Positions 26,940 through 36,978 of a stretch of 51,620 nucleotides of DNA are shown one piece after another. Every line of letters starts with the position of its first letter. The stretch's first letter is position 1. Origin of the DNA: Candidatus Fermentibacterota bacterium (GTDB lineage: Bacteria > Fermentibacterota > Fermentibacteria > Fermentibacterales > Fermentibacteraceae); assembly GCA_012523605.1 (NCBI GenBank), contig JAAYTY010000144.1, positions 1 through 51,620 of the forward strand. The letters are read 5' to 3'. The notes beneath the pieces are model-generated. The model did no database searches, had not been told where the DNA came from, and worked only from the letters and a program-made list of their open reading frames with translations. Position numbers and translations under genes: made by a program.

Positions 26940-28763
26940 CTAGAACCCCGCCCAGAGGCCCAGGACGGACGACGTCCAGAGGTCGTCCTCGAGGGCGGAA
27001 CGGAAGTACACCCTGTCGGCCCTGGGAACGCGCTTCGACAATGCGGGCAGGTCGTGTCCCGGCGGCAGCCTTACCCCGACGTCCGCCTCGAGAAGCTCCC
27101 CGGGGATGTCGCGGGGATCCCCTGCGTCCACGGCGAGCGGACACGATGCCGCAGCCTCACGGAGCCAGCCTGGGGGGAAGCCCTCCATCGAGCGCAGGAG
27201 TATCGAGGGTCTTATCCCCCCGTCGGTCCCGTGCATCGCGGCCACGCGCGAGGAGTAGTCCGCCTGCTCTTCCAGCGCCCTGATCGTGTCCAGCAGATCG
27301 AGCGGAAAGGGTGCTCGCGGCTCGAGCACGACGTCCAGCACGCAGTACGGATCCGCCGACCTGCGCCTCCTGACGTGCGCCTCTACGAGTGAGCGCCTTG
27401 CCCAGAGATCCTCGGAAGCCAGCCTCACCGAACCGTGTCGAAGAGAGGGCGGATCGGGCAGGGATGCCGGGTCCGGAACGTTTTCGACGTCCAAATCGTA
27501 CTCCTCGGTGCCCTCCCATCCATCGAACAGGACTGGGCGGTGGCCGATGTCGAGATCGAACCCGAACATCTCCGCGATCGCCTCCCTGATCCGGCGCATC
27601 TCGTCGAACACCACGCCAGGCGCTTCGAGAACGTAGTACGGGGGCCTCTCCATCCACGAAACGCCCATACCCGCCGAGCGCGCCCTGAGCTCCGTGCCGG
27701 GGAGGACCGAGAGATAGAAGACCTGCGCGTCGAAGTCGAAGCCCCTCGACGCCACCTGCCTCGCTGCTTCCAGGGGACCCGCCGCGGTATCCCCGGGAAG
27801 GCCCAGAATGATGTCCAGAACGGGTTTTACGCCGGCCTCAGCGAGGGCCTGGGCGCCGTCGAGCGCAACGCCCGGATTCCCGCGCCTCCCGGCGGTCCTC
27901 AGAGCCTCGGCGCTCCACGACTGGAGGCCTATCTCCACGCTCCTGAAGCCCGCCGACGCGTAGAGCCGCGCCAGCCCGTCCGTCACGGACTCGCCCGATA
28001 TCTCGCCAAAGCATGACGCGCCGAGCTCTCCCAGGCCTTCCAGCAGGATCCGGAGGTCGGGTCGCGCATCGAAGGTGGGGTCCAGGAACACTAGCTCGGA
28101 AGCACCGGCCCTCACCAGCCTGCGGCAGAGAGCAAGCGCGGCGGAGGCATCCATCCTCCTCGGCACCGGGTGGCGCCGCCTGTAGGAGCAGTAGATGCAC
28201 CCCGACGGGCATCCCCTTACGGTCTCGACGGAAGCGGAGCCGTCGCGGCGGAGGTCGAGCTGGCCCGAGAGCCAGGGATCGGGATAGGCTCCGGGCGGGA
28301 ACGAATGAGCCCCGGAATCGAGGAGACCGGACTCCGGCCCCAGATCGGCGATGCCCTCCGGACCGGTCGAGAGGAGGCGCCCCGCCAGGGGCTCGCCCTC
28401 TCCCGCCACGAGGAGGTCGAAAACGCCGTTTGCGAGCAGCCAGGAGTTGTCGGGGCTTGCCTCCGGCCCTCCCGCGACGAGGACCGTTCCCGGCGCCTTC
28501 TCCCTGACGAGCGAGGCGACATGACAGCTCCGCTCCGAATTCCAGCAGTAGAGCGTGAACGCTGCGATCCCCGGCTCCATCGAAGCGATCCGCGCTGCCA
28601 GGGCGCGATCTCCCAGCCGGTCGGCCTCGTCCTGGCACAGCACCCGGCCGGGAGCGAGGCCTGCGGCGGCAGCGAGCATCGCTCCCGCCAGAGGGATGTT
28701 GCCCGTGGGCTCGAACGGCGCGGAGGGATTCAGGGGAAGCTGTACGAAGAGTGGAGACTTCAT
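26940..28763 (-). CDS. B12-binding-domain radical SAM protein (class B-like)
   Basis: N-terminal FTLYCWN..VAGGPE..GEGE (cobalamin-binding Rossmann domain), ETVRGCPSGCIYC, F.DPTF, EIGLQS and IILGLPGD. True start is MKSPLF at 28763. Confidence 0.88.
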   Translation of the reverse strand: MKSPLFVQLPLNPSAPFEPTGNIPLAGAMLAAAAGLAPGRVLCQDEADRLGDRALAARIASMEPGIAAFTLYCWNSERSCHVASLVREKAPGTVLVAGGPEASPDNSWLLANGVFDLLVAGEGEPLAGRLLSTGPEGIADLGPESGLLDSGAHSFPPGAYPDPWLSGQLDLRRDGSASVETVRGCPSGCIYCSYRRRHPVPRRMDASAALALCRRLVRAGASELVFLDPTFDARPDLRILLEGLGELGASCFGEISGESVTDGLARLYASAGFRSVEIGLQSWSAEALRTAGRRGNPGVALDGAQALAEAGVKPVLDIILGLPGDTAAGPLEAARQVASRGFDFDAQVFYLSVLPGTELRARSAGMGVSWMERPPYYVLEAPGVVFDEMRRIREAIAEMFGFDLDIGHRPVLFDGWEGTEEYDLDVENVPDPASLPDPPSLRHGSVRLASEDLWARRSLVEAHVRRRRSADPYCVLDVVLEPRAPFPLDLLDTIRALEEQADYSSRVAAMHGTDGGIRPSILLRSMEGFPPGWLREAAASCPLAVDAGDPRDIPGELLEADVGVRLPPGHDLPALSKRVPRADRVYFRSALEDDLWTSSVLGLWAGF

Positions 28764-29596
28764 GCCCGCATGTCGGGCATCGCTGTCTGTCCGGCCAGGA
28801 CCAGCGCGAGCAGCAGGGGATAGGCGGCCGCCGCGAGCAGGTTCGCAGCGGGATGGTGCAGGCGCCTCCGGTCGAGGTAGAGAATCGCCGCCACCGGAGC
28901 CGGGATGAGAGCGAAGGCTGCGGACCTGGCCGCGCACGCCTGCACTCCCCCCGGCTCGATGAGCATCAGCGTCATCGCCGCCAGCAGGAAGGGTATGCCC
29001 GCCAGGAAGGCGCGTCTGGCGAGGCTCTCGGAGGAGGCGAGCGGAGGGAGGGCCGAGTTCACGACTCGATCCCTGCGGACCTTCAACCTGATGAGATATA
29101 CTATCACCGCGGAGAAGCACACCGCGAACGCCAGAAGGGCCGCCGCGAGAGCCGCCCCGGACAGCCAGTTCACGGAATGGACCTGCTGTCCCGGGGCTCT
29201 TTGCGCAGGAGCGAGGAACGGTACTAGGATGGCCAGCAAGGCCTGCTGGCAGGCCATGACCGTGAGGAAGGCCCTGTTGCCTGCAACCTGCCTGCCCAGG
29301 ACGCGCAGGACCTGCATCATGAGCATCTGAGAGGTAATCTGTCCGAAGCTGCTGGTCATGAGCTGGGTGCCCGCCCTGCCCCCCGCGAGAAGCCAGAGCA
29401 GTGCGAACGCGGCGAACTGAAGCAGCTTCACGATGCGGTAATGGAGCATCTGCCTCCGGCGATGAGCTTCCTGCCCCTCGGGGCCTTCCAGGGGAACGGC
29501 CCAGACCGGAAGGCTCCTCCCGTACCCGCCGAGGTGGAGGTAGAGCTCCTCCAGGATCAGCGTGGCCAGGCACAACAGGGAGGCCGCAGTGATCAT
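28760..29596 (-). CDS. Multi-pass membrane protein with weak CcsA/YpjD-like resemblance
   Basis: About 7 hydrophobic segments. YL..LK...LPPL...E.L.RR....G.PFL resembles the CcsA/HemX loop, but there is no WWD motif. Coupled to both neighbours by 4-bp overlaps. Confidence 0.55.
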   Translation of the reverse strand: MITAASLLCLATLILEELYLHLGGYGRSLPVWAVPLEGPEGQEAHRRRQMLHYRIVKLLQFAAFALLWLLAGGRAGTQLMTSSFGQITSQMLMMQVLRVLGRQVAGNRAFLTVMACQQALLAILVPFLAPAQRAPGQQVHSVNWLSGAALAAALLAFAVCFSAVIVYLIRLKVRRDRVVNSALPPLASSESLARRAFLAGIPFLLAAMTLMLIEPGGVQACAARSAAFALIPAPVAAILYLDRRRLHHPAANLLAAAAYPLLLALVLAGQTAMPDMRA

Positions 29597-30867
29597 CCGC
29601 CCTCCTCCCTCACCGCTGCGAGCACCGAACCACCGGCCGCGAAGAGAACCAGCGTGGCAAGTATGGACAAGCGGGCGCTCCCGGTCATGTCCCGGACCAC
29701 GGCGAACATCAGGGGGCCCAGGATGCTGGCGAACCTCGACGAGACAGAGAAGAGGCCGAAGTACTCCGCCGCGAGTCCGGCGGGGATGAGCCTGCTGTAC
29801 ATGCTCCTGCTGATCGCCTGCAGACCGCCCTGGAAGACGCCCACGGCGCAGGCCAGAGCCGTGAACTCGCCGGCGGTCCTCATGCGCGATGCCGCCAGCA
29901 CGATCGCCATGTATGCGAGGATCCCCGCCATGATGGATTTCTTCGCGCCGAAGCGCGAGGCCGCCCTTCCGTAGAGCATGCTCCCCGGCACGCCGACCGC
30001 CTGCGTGAGCAGGAGGGCGGCGACCAGATCGCCCGTGTCCAGTCCCATCTCGGCCTTTCCGAACACGGCTGCCATCAGGATGACGGTCTGGATGCCGTCG
30101 TTGTAGAGAAGGAAGGCCGTCAGGAAGAGAAGGAGGTTCCGCTGACGCGGAAGAGCCCGCAGAGTGGCGCCCAGCGCTGTGAGACCCTCGCGCAGCGCGG
30201 AGCGGGCCGGGATCCGCCCCGCGCCCTCGGGAACGGTCGCGAACAGCGGAAGCGAGAAAAGCGCCCACCACGCCGCCACGCTCAGGAAGCTCGCCCTGGA
30301 GGCCGCCGCGGCATCCTCGAGGCCGAAGAGCCCGGGCTTCCTTATCATCAGGAGGTTGACCGCCAGCAGGATTCCGCCTCCGAGATAGCCCCATGCGAAT
30401 CCCCCGGCCGAAGCCCTGTCGCGTCCTTCGGGGGGTGTAATCCCGACGAGCAGGGAGTTGTAGAACACCTGCGCTCCTGCGAAGCCGACCTCCCCGACCG
30501 CCAGCATGGCCAGGGTGAACGCGACCATGCCCGGGCCGGCCAGCGACAGCGCCGCCGAGGCCGCCATGCCGCCCGCCGCGAAGACTCCGAGGAAGAGCTT
30601 CCTCCTGCCCCCGGCGTCGGCCACGGCTCCGAGAACCGGCGACAGCACGGCCACGAGAGCGGCGGCGGCTCCGACGGCGTAGCCCCAGAGCGATGTGGGC
30701 GAGCCGCCGATCCTCGAGCCGAGGACCTCGAAGCCTGCCTCGCCGCCGCCGCAGACGACTCCGGCGAAGTATGCCGGAAGGACGGCCGCCACGACAGTGG
30801 TCACGAATGCGGAATCGGCCCAGTCGTAGAGCTTCCAGGCCCTCAGAGGGGTGAAGAACCTGCTCAA
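29593..30867 (-). CDS. MFS transporter (UMF1/Atg22-like)
   Basis: W.LYDWADSAF.T.V, SPVLGAVAD..G.RK, FYNSLL, GYLGG, FLLYNDGIQT and SRS..S.LIP...AEYFG. TTG start overlaps the HAD stop. Confidence 0.9.
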   Translation of the reverse strand: MSRFFTPLRAWKLYDWADSAFVTTVVAAVLPAYFAGVVCGGGEAGFEVLGSRIGGSPTSLWGYAVGAAAALVAVLSPVLGAVADAGGRRKLFLGVFAAGGMAASAALSLAGPGMVAFTLAMLAVGEVGFAGAQVFYNSLLVGITPPEGRDRASAGGFAWGYLGGGILLAVNLLMIRKPGLFGLEDAAAASRASFLSVAAWWALFSLPLFATVPEGAGRIPARSALREGLTALGATLRALPRQRNLLLFLTAFLLYNDGIQTVILMAAVFGKAEMGLDTGDLVAALLLTQAVGVPGSMLYGRAASRFGAKKSIMAGILAYMAIVLAASRMRTAGEFTALACAVGVFQGGLQAISRSMYSRLIPAGLAAEYFGLFSVSSRFASILGPLMFAVVRDMTGSARLSILATLVLFAAGGSVLAAVREEGG

Positions 30868-31556
30868 GCCCGCCGGTCCCCCGTCATGAGGCCGGATATG
30901 GAGGCCGTGTCGGTGAGGTCGGGAACCACGCCGGACGCCCCGGAAGCCGCCAGCTCCTCCTCGTCGTAGGGGCCGGTGGCCACGGCCAGCGTCTCGAAGC
31001 CCCAGAAGCGCCCGCAAGACACGTCGTACGGCGTGTCGCCCACAACCCATGTGTCCGAGGGGGCGAAGGTCTTCCCCGTCAGGAGGCGCGCACCCTCGAC
31101 CGCGTTCGGCACCAGCTCGGCCCGCTCCCTCCCGTCGTCGGCGAAGCCTCCGAACATGAAGCGGCCGTCCAGCCCGCAGGCCGCGAGCTTGAGGAAGGCG
31201 CCCTCCTTCCAGTTGCCGGTGAGCAGGCCGATCGCGGCGCCCCGATCATCCAGCGATTCCAGCAGGTCCGGCACCCCGGGGAGAACCGCGGCGGTGCACC
31301 GGACGGAAGCCAGCTCCCTGGCGAGGTGCCTCAGGTATGCGCTTCTCATCCCGCTCACCGCGCCGGGGGTCGGCTCCACGCCGCCGCGCCTGAGCCCTTC
31401 TTCCGTTATCAGCCTGTCCGTCCGTCCCGCGAACTCGACGCCCCTGAACGCCGCCTCTATTCCGTATAGCTCGCCCATGGCGGCATCCAGCGCCCTCGCT
31501 CCGGCGCCCGCGCTGGAGATGAGCGTCATGTCGACGTCGAACAGGATCAGTTTCAA
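30864..31556 (-). CDS. HAD-superfamily hydrolase (phosphoglycolate phosphatase-like)
   Basis: ILFDVDMTL, G.TD, LLTGN, VVGDTPYD and AVATG. Confidence 0.9.
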   Translation of the reverse strand: MKLILFDVDMTLISSAGAGARALDAAMGELYGIEAAFRGVEFAGRTDRLITEEGLRRGGVEPTPGAVSGMRSAYLRHLARELASVRCTAAVLPGVPDLLESLDDRGAAIGLLTGNWKEGAFLKLAACGLDGRFMFGGFADDGRERAELVPNAVEGARLLTGKTFAPSDTWVVGDTPYDVSCGRFWGFETLAVATGPYDEEELAASGASGVVPDLTDTASISGLMTGDRRA

Positions 31557-31617
31557 GCGACCTCCTCCTCCGGGAGCCCGAAGCCCGAAGATAGGCCACG
31601 GAGCCTCCCGGCCGCCA

Positions 31618-31647
31618 TTGGCCTTCGCGGCGGCGTGGGCTTATTCT
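31618..31647 (+). promoter_or_regulatory. Possible sigma70 promoter for pckA (TTGGCC-18-TATTCT)
   Basis: Lies in the divergent intergenic region and has the same -10 hexamer as the TBDR promoter. Confidence 0.4.
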
Positions 31648-31707
31648 TTCCGGACCCGGCTGGAGGCGTTCTCCGCCCGCCGGGTCAACCATCACCGGGG
31701 GTGTGCA

Positions 31708-33357
31708 ATGACTCTCCAGGATAAGCTCGCGAAACTGCTCGCCGGGCGCCCGGGTGTTTTCGAGAACTCTCCGAGGCCCGTGCTCATAAGGGAATGCATG
31801 GCGAACCGCGAGGTGATGGCCGCCGCCTGCGGCGCGCTGGCGATTTGGACCAGGCCCGAGTCGACCGGGCGAAGCCCGAGCGACACCCTCATGGTGAAGA
31901 GGCCGGCCAGCGAGAAGAACATCGACTGGACCAGCGCCAACTGCCTCCCGGTGACCGAGGAGACCTTCGACATGGTTGCGGAGGACACTCTCGGCGTCTT
32001 CGGGAGGTCGAAGAAGCTCTATGTGACGGACCGCCTGGTGGGCGCCGACCCGAAGTGCACCCTTCATGTGAGAACCGTTTCGGACAGGGCGATCACCGCC
32101 CTGTTCACCTGCAACATGTTCAGGCCGTTCGACGAGAAGCTGCTGGCCCGGAGCTGCTTCCGCGACAGGCCCTTCACGCTGCTCGTCACCCCCGACAGCA
32201 AGCTCGACCCCGCCCGATACGATGGCCGTCTCCGCGTGGACCCCGCGCTGGGCCATACCTCCACGATGATGATCGGCATGGACTTCGACAGGTTCCTGGG
32301 ACTGGTCCACGGCTCGGCCTACTGCGGCAGCGTGAAGAAGCTCATCTTCACTGTGATGAACTACCTCCTGCCGTTGGAGGGGATTCTCCCCCTCCACTGC
32401 AGCGCCAACGAGGGCAGGGACGGCAGGTCGGCCCTGCTGCTGGGCCTCTCCGGCACCGGGAAGACCACCCTCTCCGCCGATCCCTCCAGGGCTCTCCTGG
32501 GCGACGACGAACATTCCTGGAGCGACGAGTGCATCGCCAACTTCGAATACGGATGCTATGCGAAGCTCATCAACCTGAAACCCGAGAAGGAGCCCGACAT
32601 ATACAGGGCATGCTTCCACGAGGCGCCTCCCGAGGAGCACGGCGCGATAATAGAAAACGCCATGATCTACCCCGACGGCACGTTCGACCTCGCCGACCAG
32701 AGGCTGACGGAGAACTCGCGCGGGTCCTATCCGCTCAGCTTCCTGTCCAACATCAAGGAACCGCCCATCGCCGGACACCCGTCTGCGATCCTCTTCCTGA
32801 CCGCCGATGCCAACGGCGTCCTTCCGCCGATCGCCAGGCTCACGAGGGAGCAGGCGATGTTCTGGTTCGTCATGGGGTACACCAGCAAGCTCGCCGGGAC
32901 CGAGCGCGGGATCGTCGAGCCGAAGAGCACCTTCTCCCGCTTCTTCGGCGGACCGTTCATGCCGCTCCTGCCGGACGTGTATGCGGGCATGCTGGGCGAG
33001 AAGCTGGACAGGCACGGGTCGAAGGTGTACCTGGTGAACACCGGCTGGAGCGGAGGCCCCTACGGCGTGGGCAGGCGCATGGACATCTCGCTTACGAGAG
33101 CCATGGTGGCCGCCGCCCTCGAGGGAGGGCTGGACGGAGCGGAGTTCGATCCCGCCCCCTGTTTCAAGGTCCTTGTACCGCGAAGCTGCCCCGGCGTGCC
33201 CGACCCGTCCGTGCTCTCGCCGGCGAACACCTGGGCGGACAAATCGGCCTACCGCGAGAAGGCGAAGAAGCTCGCAGCCGAGTTCGCCTCCTTCTTCGAG
33301 AAGAACTATGCGGGCAGGCTCGATCCCTCGGTTGCCGCGGAGTGTCCGGGGAGATAG
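31708..33357 (+). CDS. pckA: Phosphoenolpyruvate carboxykinase (ATP)
   Basis: TGRSP.D, Y.G.VKK, LHCSAN, GLSGTGKTTLSADP, GDDEH.W, GCYAK, TENSR.SYP, GYTSKLAGTERG and LVNTGWSGG. Confidence 0.95.
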   Translation: MTLQDKLAKLLAGRPGVFENSPRPVLIRECMANREVMAAACGALAIWTRPESTGRSPSDTLMVKRPASEKNIDWTSANCLPVTEETFDMVAEDTLGVFGRSKKLYVTDRLVGADPKCTLHVRTVSDRAITALFTCNMFRPFDEKLLARSCFRDRPFTLLVTPDSKLDPARYDGRLRVDPALGHTSTMMIGMDFDRFLGLVHGSAYCGSVKKLIFTVMNYLLPLEGILPLHCSANEGRDGRSALLLGLSGTGKTTLSADPSRALLGDDEHSWSDECIANFEYGCYAKLINLKPEKEPDIYRACFHEAPPEEHGAIIENAMIYPDGTFDLADQRLTENSRGSYPLSFLSNIKEPPIAGHPSAILFLTADANGVLPPIARLTREQAMFWFVMGYTSKLAGTERGIVEPKSTFSRFFGGPFMPLLPDVYAGMLGEKLDRHGSKVYLVNTGWSGGPYGVGRRMDISLTRAMVAAALEGGLDGAEFDPAPCFKVLVPRSCPGVPDPSVLSPANTWADKSAYREKAKKLAAEFASFFEKNYAGRLDPSVAAECPGR

Positions 33358-33493
33358 CCGCCCGCCTGCCGCGTCAGCGACCCGCCGAAGCCTCCCGGCG
33401 GCTGGAGGTGCCGCGAACGGCTCCTCATCCGTGCGAGCCCCGGCGGACCGCCGCCGCGGCGCAGCATCGGCGCATGTCCGCCCGACCCCGCTC

Positions 33494-34024
33494 CTACCGC
33501 TCCTTTACGGGCAGACCGAGGTGCGACCAGTCGCCCGGAGTTGGCGCCGGGATGTCGCCCGACACGAGCAGGCGCAGAGTCCCGACGAGCAGGGAAATGC
33601 TCCTGTGGACAGGCGGGTTCAGGAGGCCGGGGAGGTCATCGGGCTGGTGGAAGCCGGTTCTCCCGGTGTCGAGCTCCTCTTCCGGTCCTGCCAGGGCTCT
33701 CGCATCCCACCACGTGAGGAAGCCCGCCGGTACGGGAGCCCCTTGCTCCCGCCCGGCCATGAGAAGGAGAAAGTCGCACTTCGCACGGGCCATGGACTCG
33801 AAGGTCCATCCGGTGCGGGGCACGGGGCCCACGGCAAGCCGCCGGCCGTCGTGGAGGACGATCCCGTACCTGCCCTCCGTGCCCGGAGGGGAACCGCTCG
33901 TCCAGCAGGCGAAGCCGGAGGAAGCCAGCCAGCGCAGAGCCGCCCTTTCGAGGGCTGCCGGATCGTACCCCGCCCGACCTGTCCGGGCCCCTGTTCCGTC
34001 ATCTCCCGGCCTGTTCCTGCTCAT
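33494..34024 (-). CDS. Hypothetical protein (176 aa)
   Basis: The most protein-like ORF in the ~750-bp gap between pckA and gcvT. No recognisable motif. Confidence 0.45.
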   Translation of the reverse strand: MSRNRPGDDGTGARTGRAGYDPAALERAALRWLASSGFACWTSGSPPGTEGRYGIVLHDGRRLAVGPVPRTGWTFESMARAKCDFLLLMAGREQGAPVPAGFLTWWDARALAGPEEELDTGRTGFHQPDDLPGLLNPPVHRSISLLVGTLRLLVSGDIPAPTPGDWSHLGLPVKER

Positions 34025-34110
34025 TGCCGGGAGTCTCCTGCAGACGTAGATTCGCTGGTGATTTTACCTTCTCCGGCGGGGCCGCCCCGCCTTTCCAGGG
34101 AGAGAGAACG

Positions 34111-35214
34111 ATGGACAGGAAAACGCCGCTCTACGATCGCCACTCGGCTCTAGGCGCCAGGATCGAACCCTTCGCGGGATACCTCATGCCCATCCAGTAC
34201 TCGGGCATCATGGCAGAACACATGGCCGTCCGCAAGAAGGCCGGGCTTTTCGACCTGTCGCACATGGGCGAATTCATGGTCGAGGGGCCCGGAGCGCTCG
34301 ACTTTCTCGACATGCTCCTCACCAACAACGCCGACGTCGAGCCGGGGAAGGCCTACTACAGCACGATGTGCTATCCCGACGGCGGCATAGTGGACGACCT
34401 GATAGTGTACCGGCTCTCCGAGAGCGAGTACCTAATGGTGGTGAACGCGGCCAACCTGGACAAGGACTGGGCCTGGGTCTCGAGCCACGCTCGAGGGTGT
34501 GACGTGCGTATCACCAACCGGAGCGACGAAACGGCCCTGGTGGCGATTCAGGGGCCGGAAGCCCAGAAGATAGCGTCGAAGTTCACGGACACCGATCTCG
34601 ATTCGATACCGTACTACGCCCACAGGAGCGGCGCCGTCGCAGGCAGGAGCGCCATCATCGCTCGGACCGGATACACGGGGGAGGACGGATTCGAGTTCTA
34701 CGTCTCCTCCGGAGACGCCACTGCCGTCTGGGACGCTGTGATGGACGACTCGGCCTCGAGCAGGATAGTCCCCGTGGGTCTCGGCGCCCGGGACACCCTT
34801 CGCCTGGAGGTGGGGTACGTCCTCTACGGAAACGACATAGACCATACGACTACCCCCCTGGAGGCGAAGCTGGGCTGGGTGGTGAAGCTGGCCTCGGGCA
34901 AGGATTTCATCGGCCGCGAGGTTCTTGCGAGGCAGAAGGAGGAGGGAACCGCGCGGAGCCTAGTCGGGCTCAGGGTCGAGGGCCGCGGAGTCATACGCCA
35001 CGGCACAGACCTCTACTCCGGGGAGAGCCGCGTCGGTGTGGTGACCAGCGGGACGATGGCCCCGGCTCTAGGGGTCTCCGTGGGCCTCGGCTATGTCGAG
35101 AAGGCCCTTGCAAAGACCGGCACTCCGCTCGAGGCCGAGATCAGGGGCAGCCGTGTGCCGGTGAAGGTCGTCAAGATACCTTTCTATACAACTGGCAGCC
35201 GCCGCCAGGCATGA
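34111..35214 (+). CDS. gcvT: Glycine cleavage system T protein (aminomethyltransferase)
   Basis: KTPLY..H, F.GY.MP.QY, FDLSHMGE, DDLIVY, RTGYTGEDGFE and GLGARDTLRLE. Confidence 0.97.
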   Translation: MDRKTPLYDRHSALGARIEPFAGYLMPIQYSGIMAEHMAVRKKAGLFDLSHMGEFMVEGPGALDFLDMLLTNNADVEPGKAYYSTMCYPDGGIVDDLIVYRLSESEYLMVVNAANLDKDWAWVSSHARGCDVRITNRSDETALVAIQGPEAQKIASKFTDTDLDSIPYYAHRSGAVAGRSAIIARTGYTGEDGFEFYVSSGDATAVWDAVMDDSASSRIVPVGLGARDTLRLEVGYVLYGNDIDHTTTPLEAKLGWVVKLASGKDFIGREVLARQKEEGTARSLVGLRVEGRGVIRHGTDLYSGESRVGVVTSGTMAPALGVSVGLGYVEKALAKTGTPLEAEIRGSRVPVKVVKIPFYTTGSRRQA

Positions 35215-35236
35215 CCGGGCGGGGAAGGAGCTTCGC

Positions 35237-35623
35237 ATGAGCAGCATCCCTAAGAATCTCCGTTACACCGAGACCCACGAGTGGGCAAGGCTGGAGGCCG
35301 ACGGCACGGTGACCATAGGCATCACGGACTACGCTCAGCATCAGATGGGCGAGATAGTCATGGTGGAGCTGCCCAGGAAGGGGCATCAGGCGGCCAGAGG
35401 TGCGAGCCTGGGCGCCCTCGAGGCGGTGAAGACCGCCTCCGACTACTACTCTCCCGTGGATGGAACCGTGGAGGACGCCAACACGAAGCTCGAGTCAGAC
35501 CCCGGTCTGGTGAACACCGACTGCTACGGGGCCGGCTGGCTCGCGGTCGTGAAACCCTCCGACCCCTCTCAGCTCGACTCGCTCATGGACGCATCCGGCT
35601 ACGCCAGGCATACGGGCGAATAG
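35237..35623 (+). CDS. gcvH: Glycine cleavage system H protein
   Basis: Y..THEW, GITDYAQ..G.IV.VELP, and the lipoyl-Lys motif EAVKTAS..SPV.G. Confidence 0.97.
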   Translation: MSSIPKNLRYTETHEWARLEADGTVTIGITDYAQHQMGEIVMVELPRKGHQAARGASLGALEAVKTASDYYSPVDGTVEDANTKLESDPGLVNTDCYGAGWLAVVKPSDPSQLDSLMDASGYARHTGE

Positions 35624-35630
35624 GGAACAG

Positions 35631-36977
<1,347 letters not shown>

Positions 36978-36978
36978 G

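Noticed and set aside
34025-34110. Glycine riboswitch upstream of gcvT
   Set aside because: The gap is only 86 bp. GGAGAG is present but serves as the ribosome-binding site, and no CCGAAG/CTCTCAGG aptamer elements are seen.
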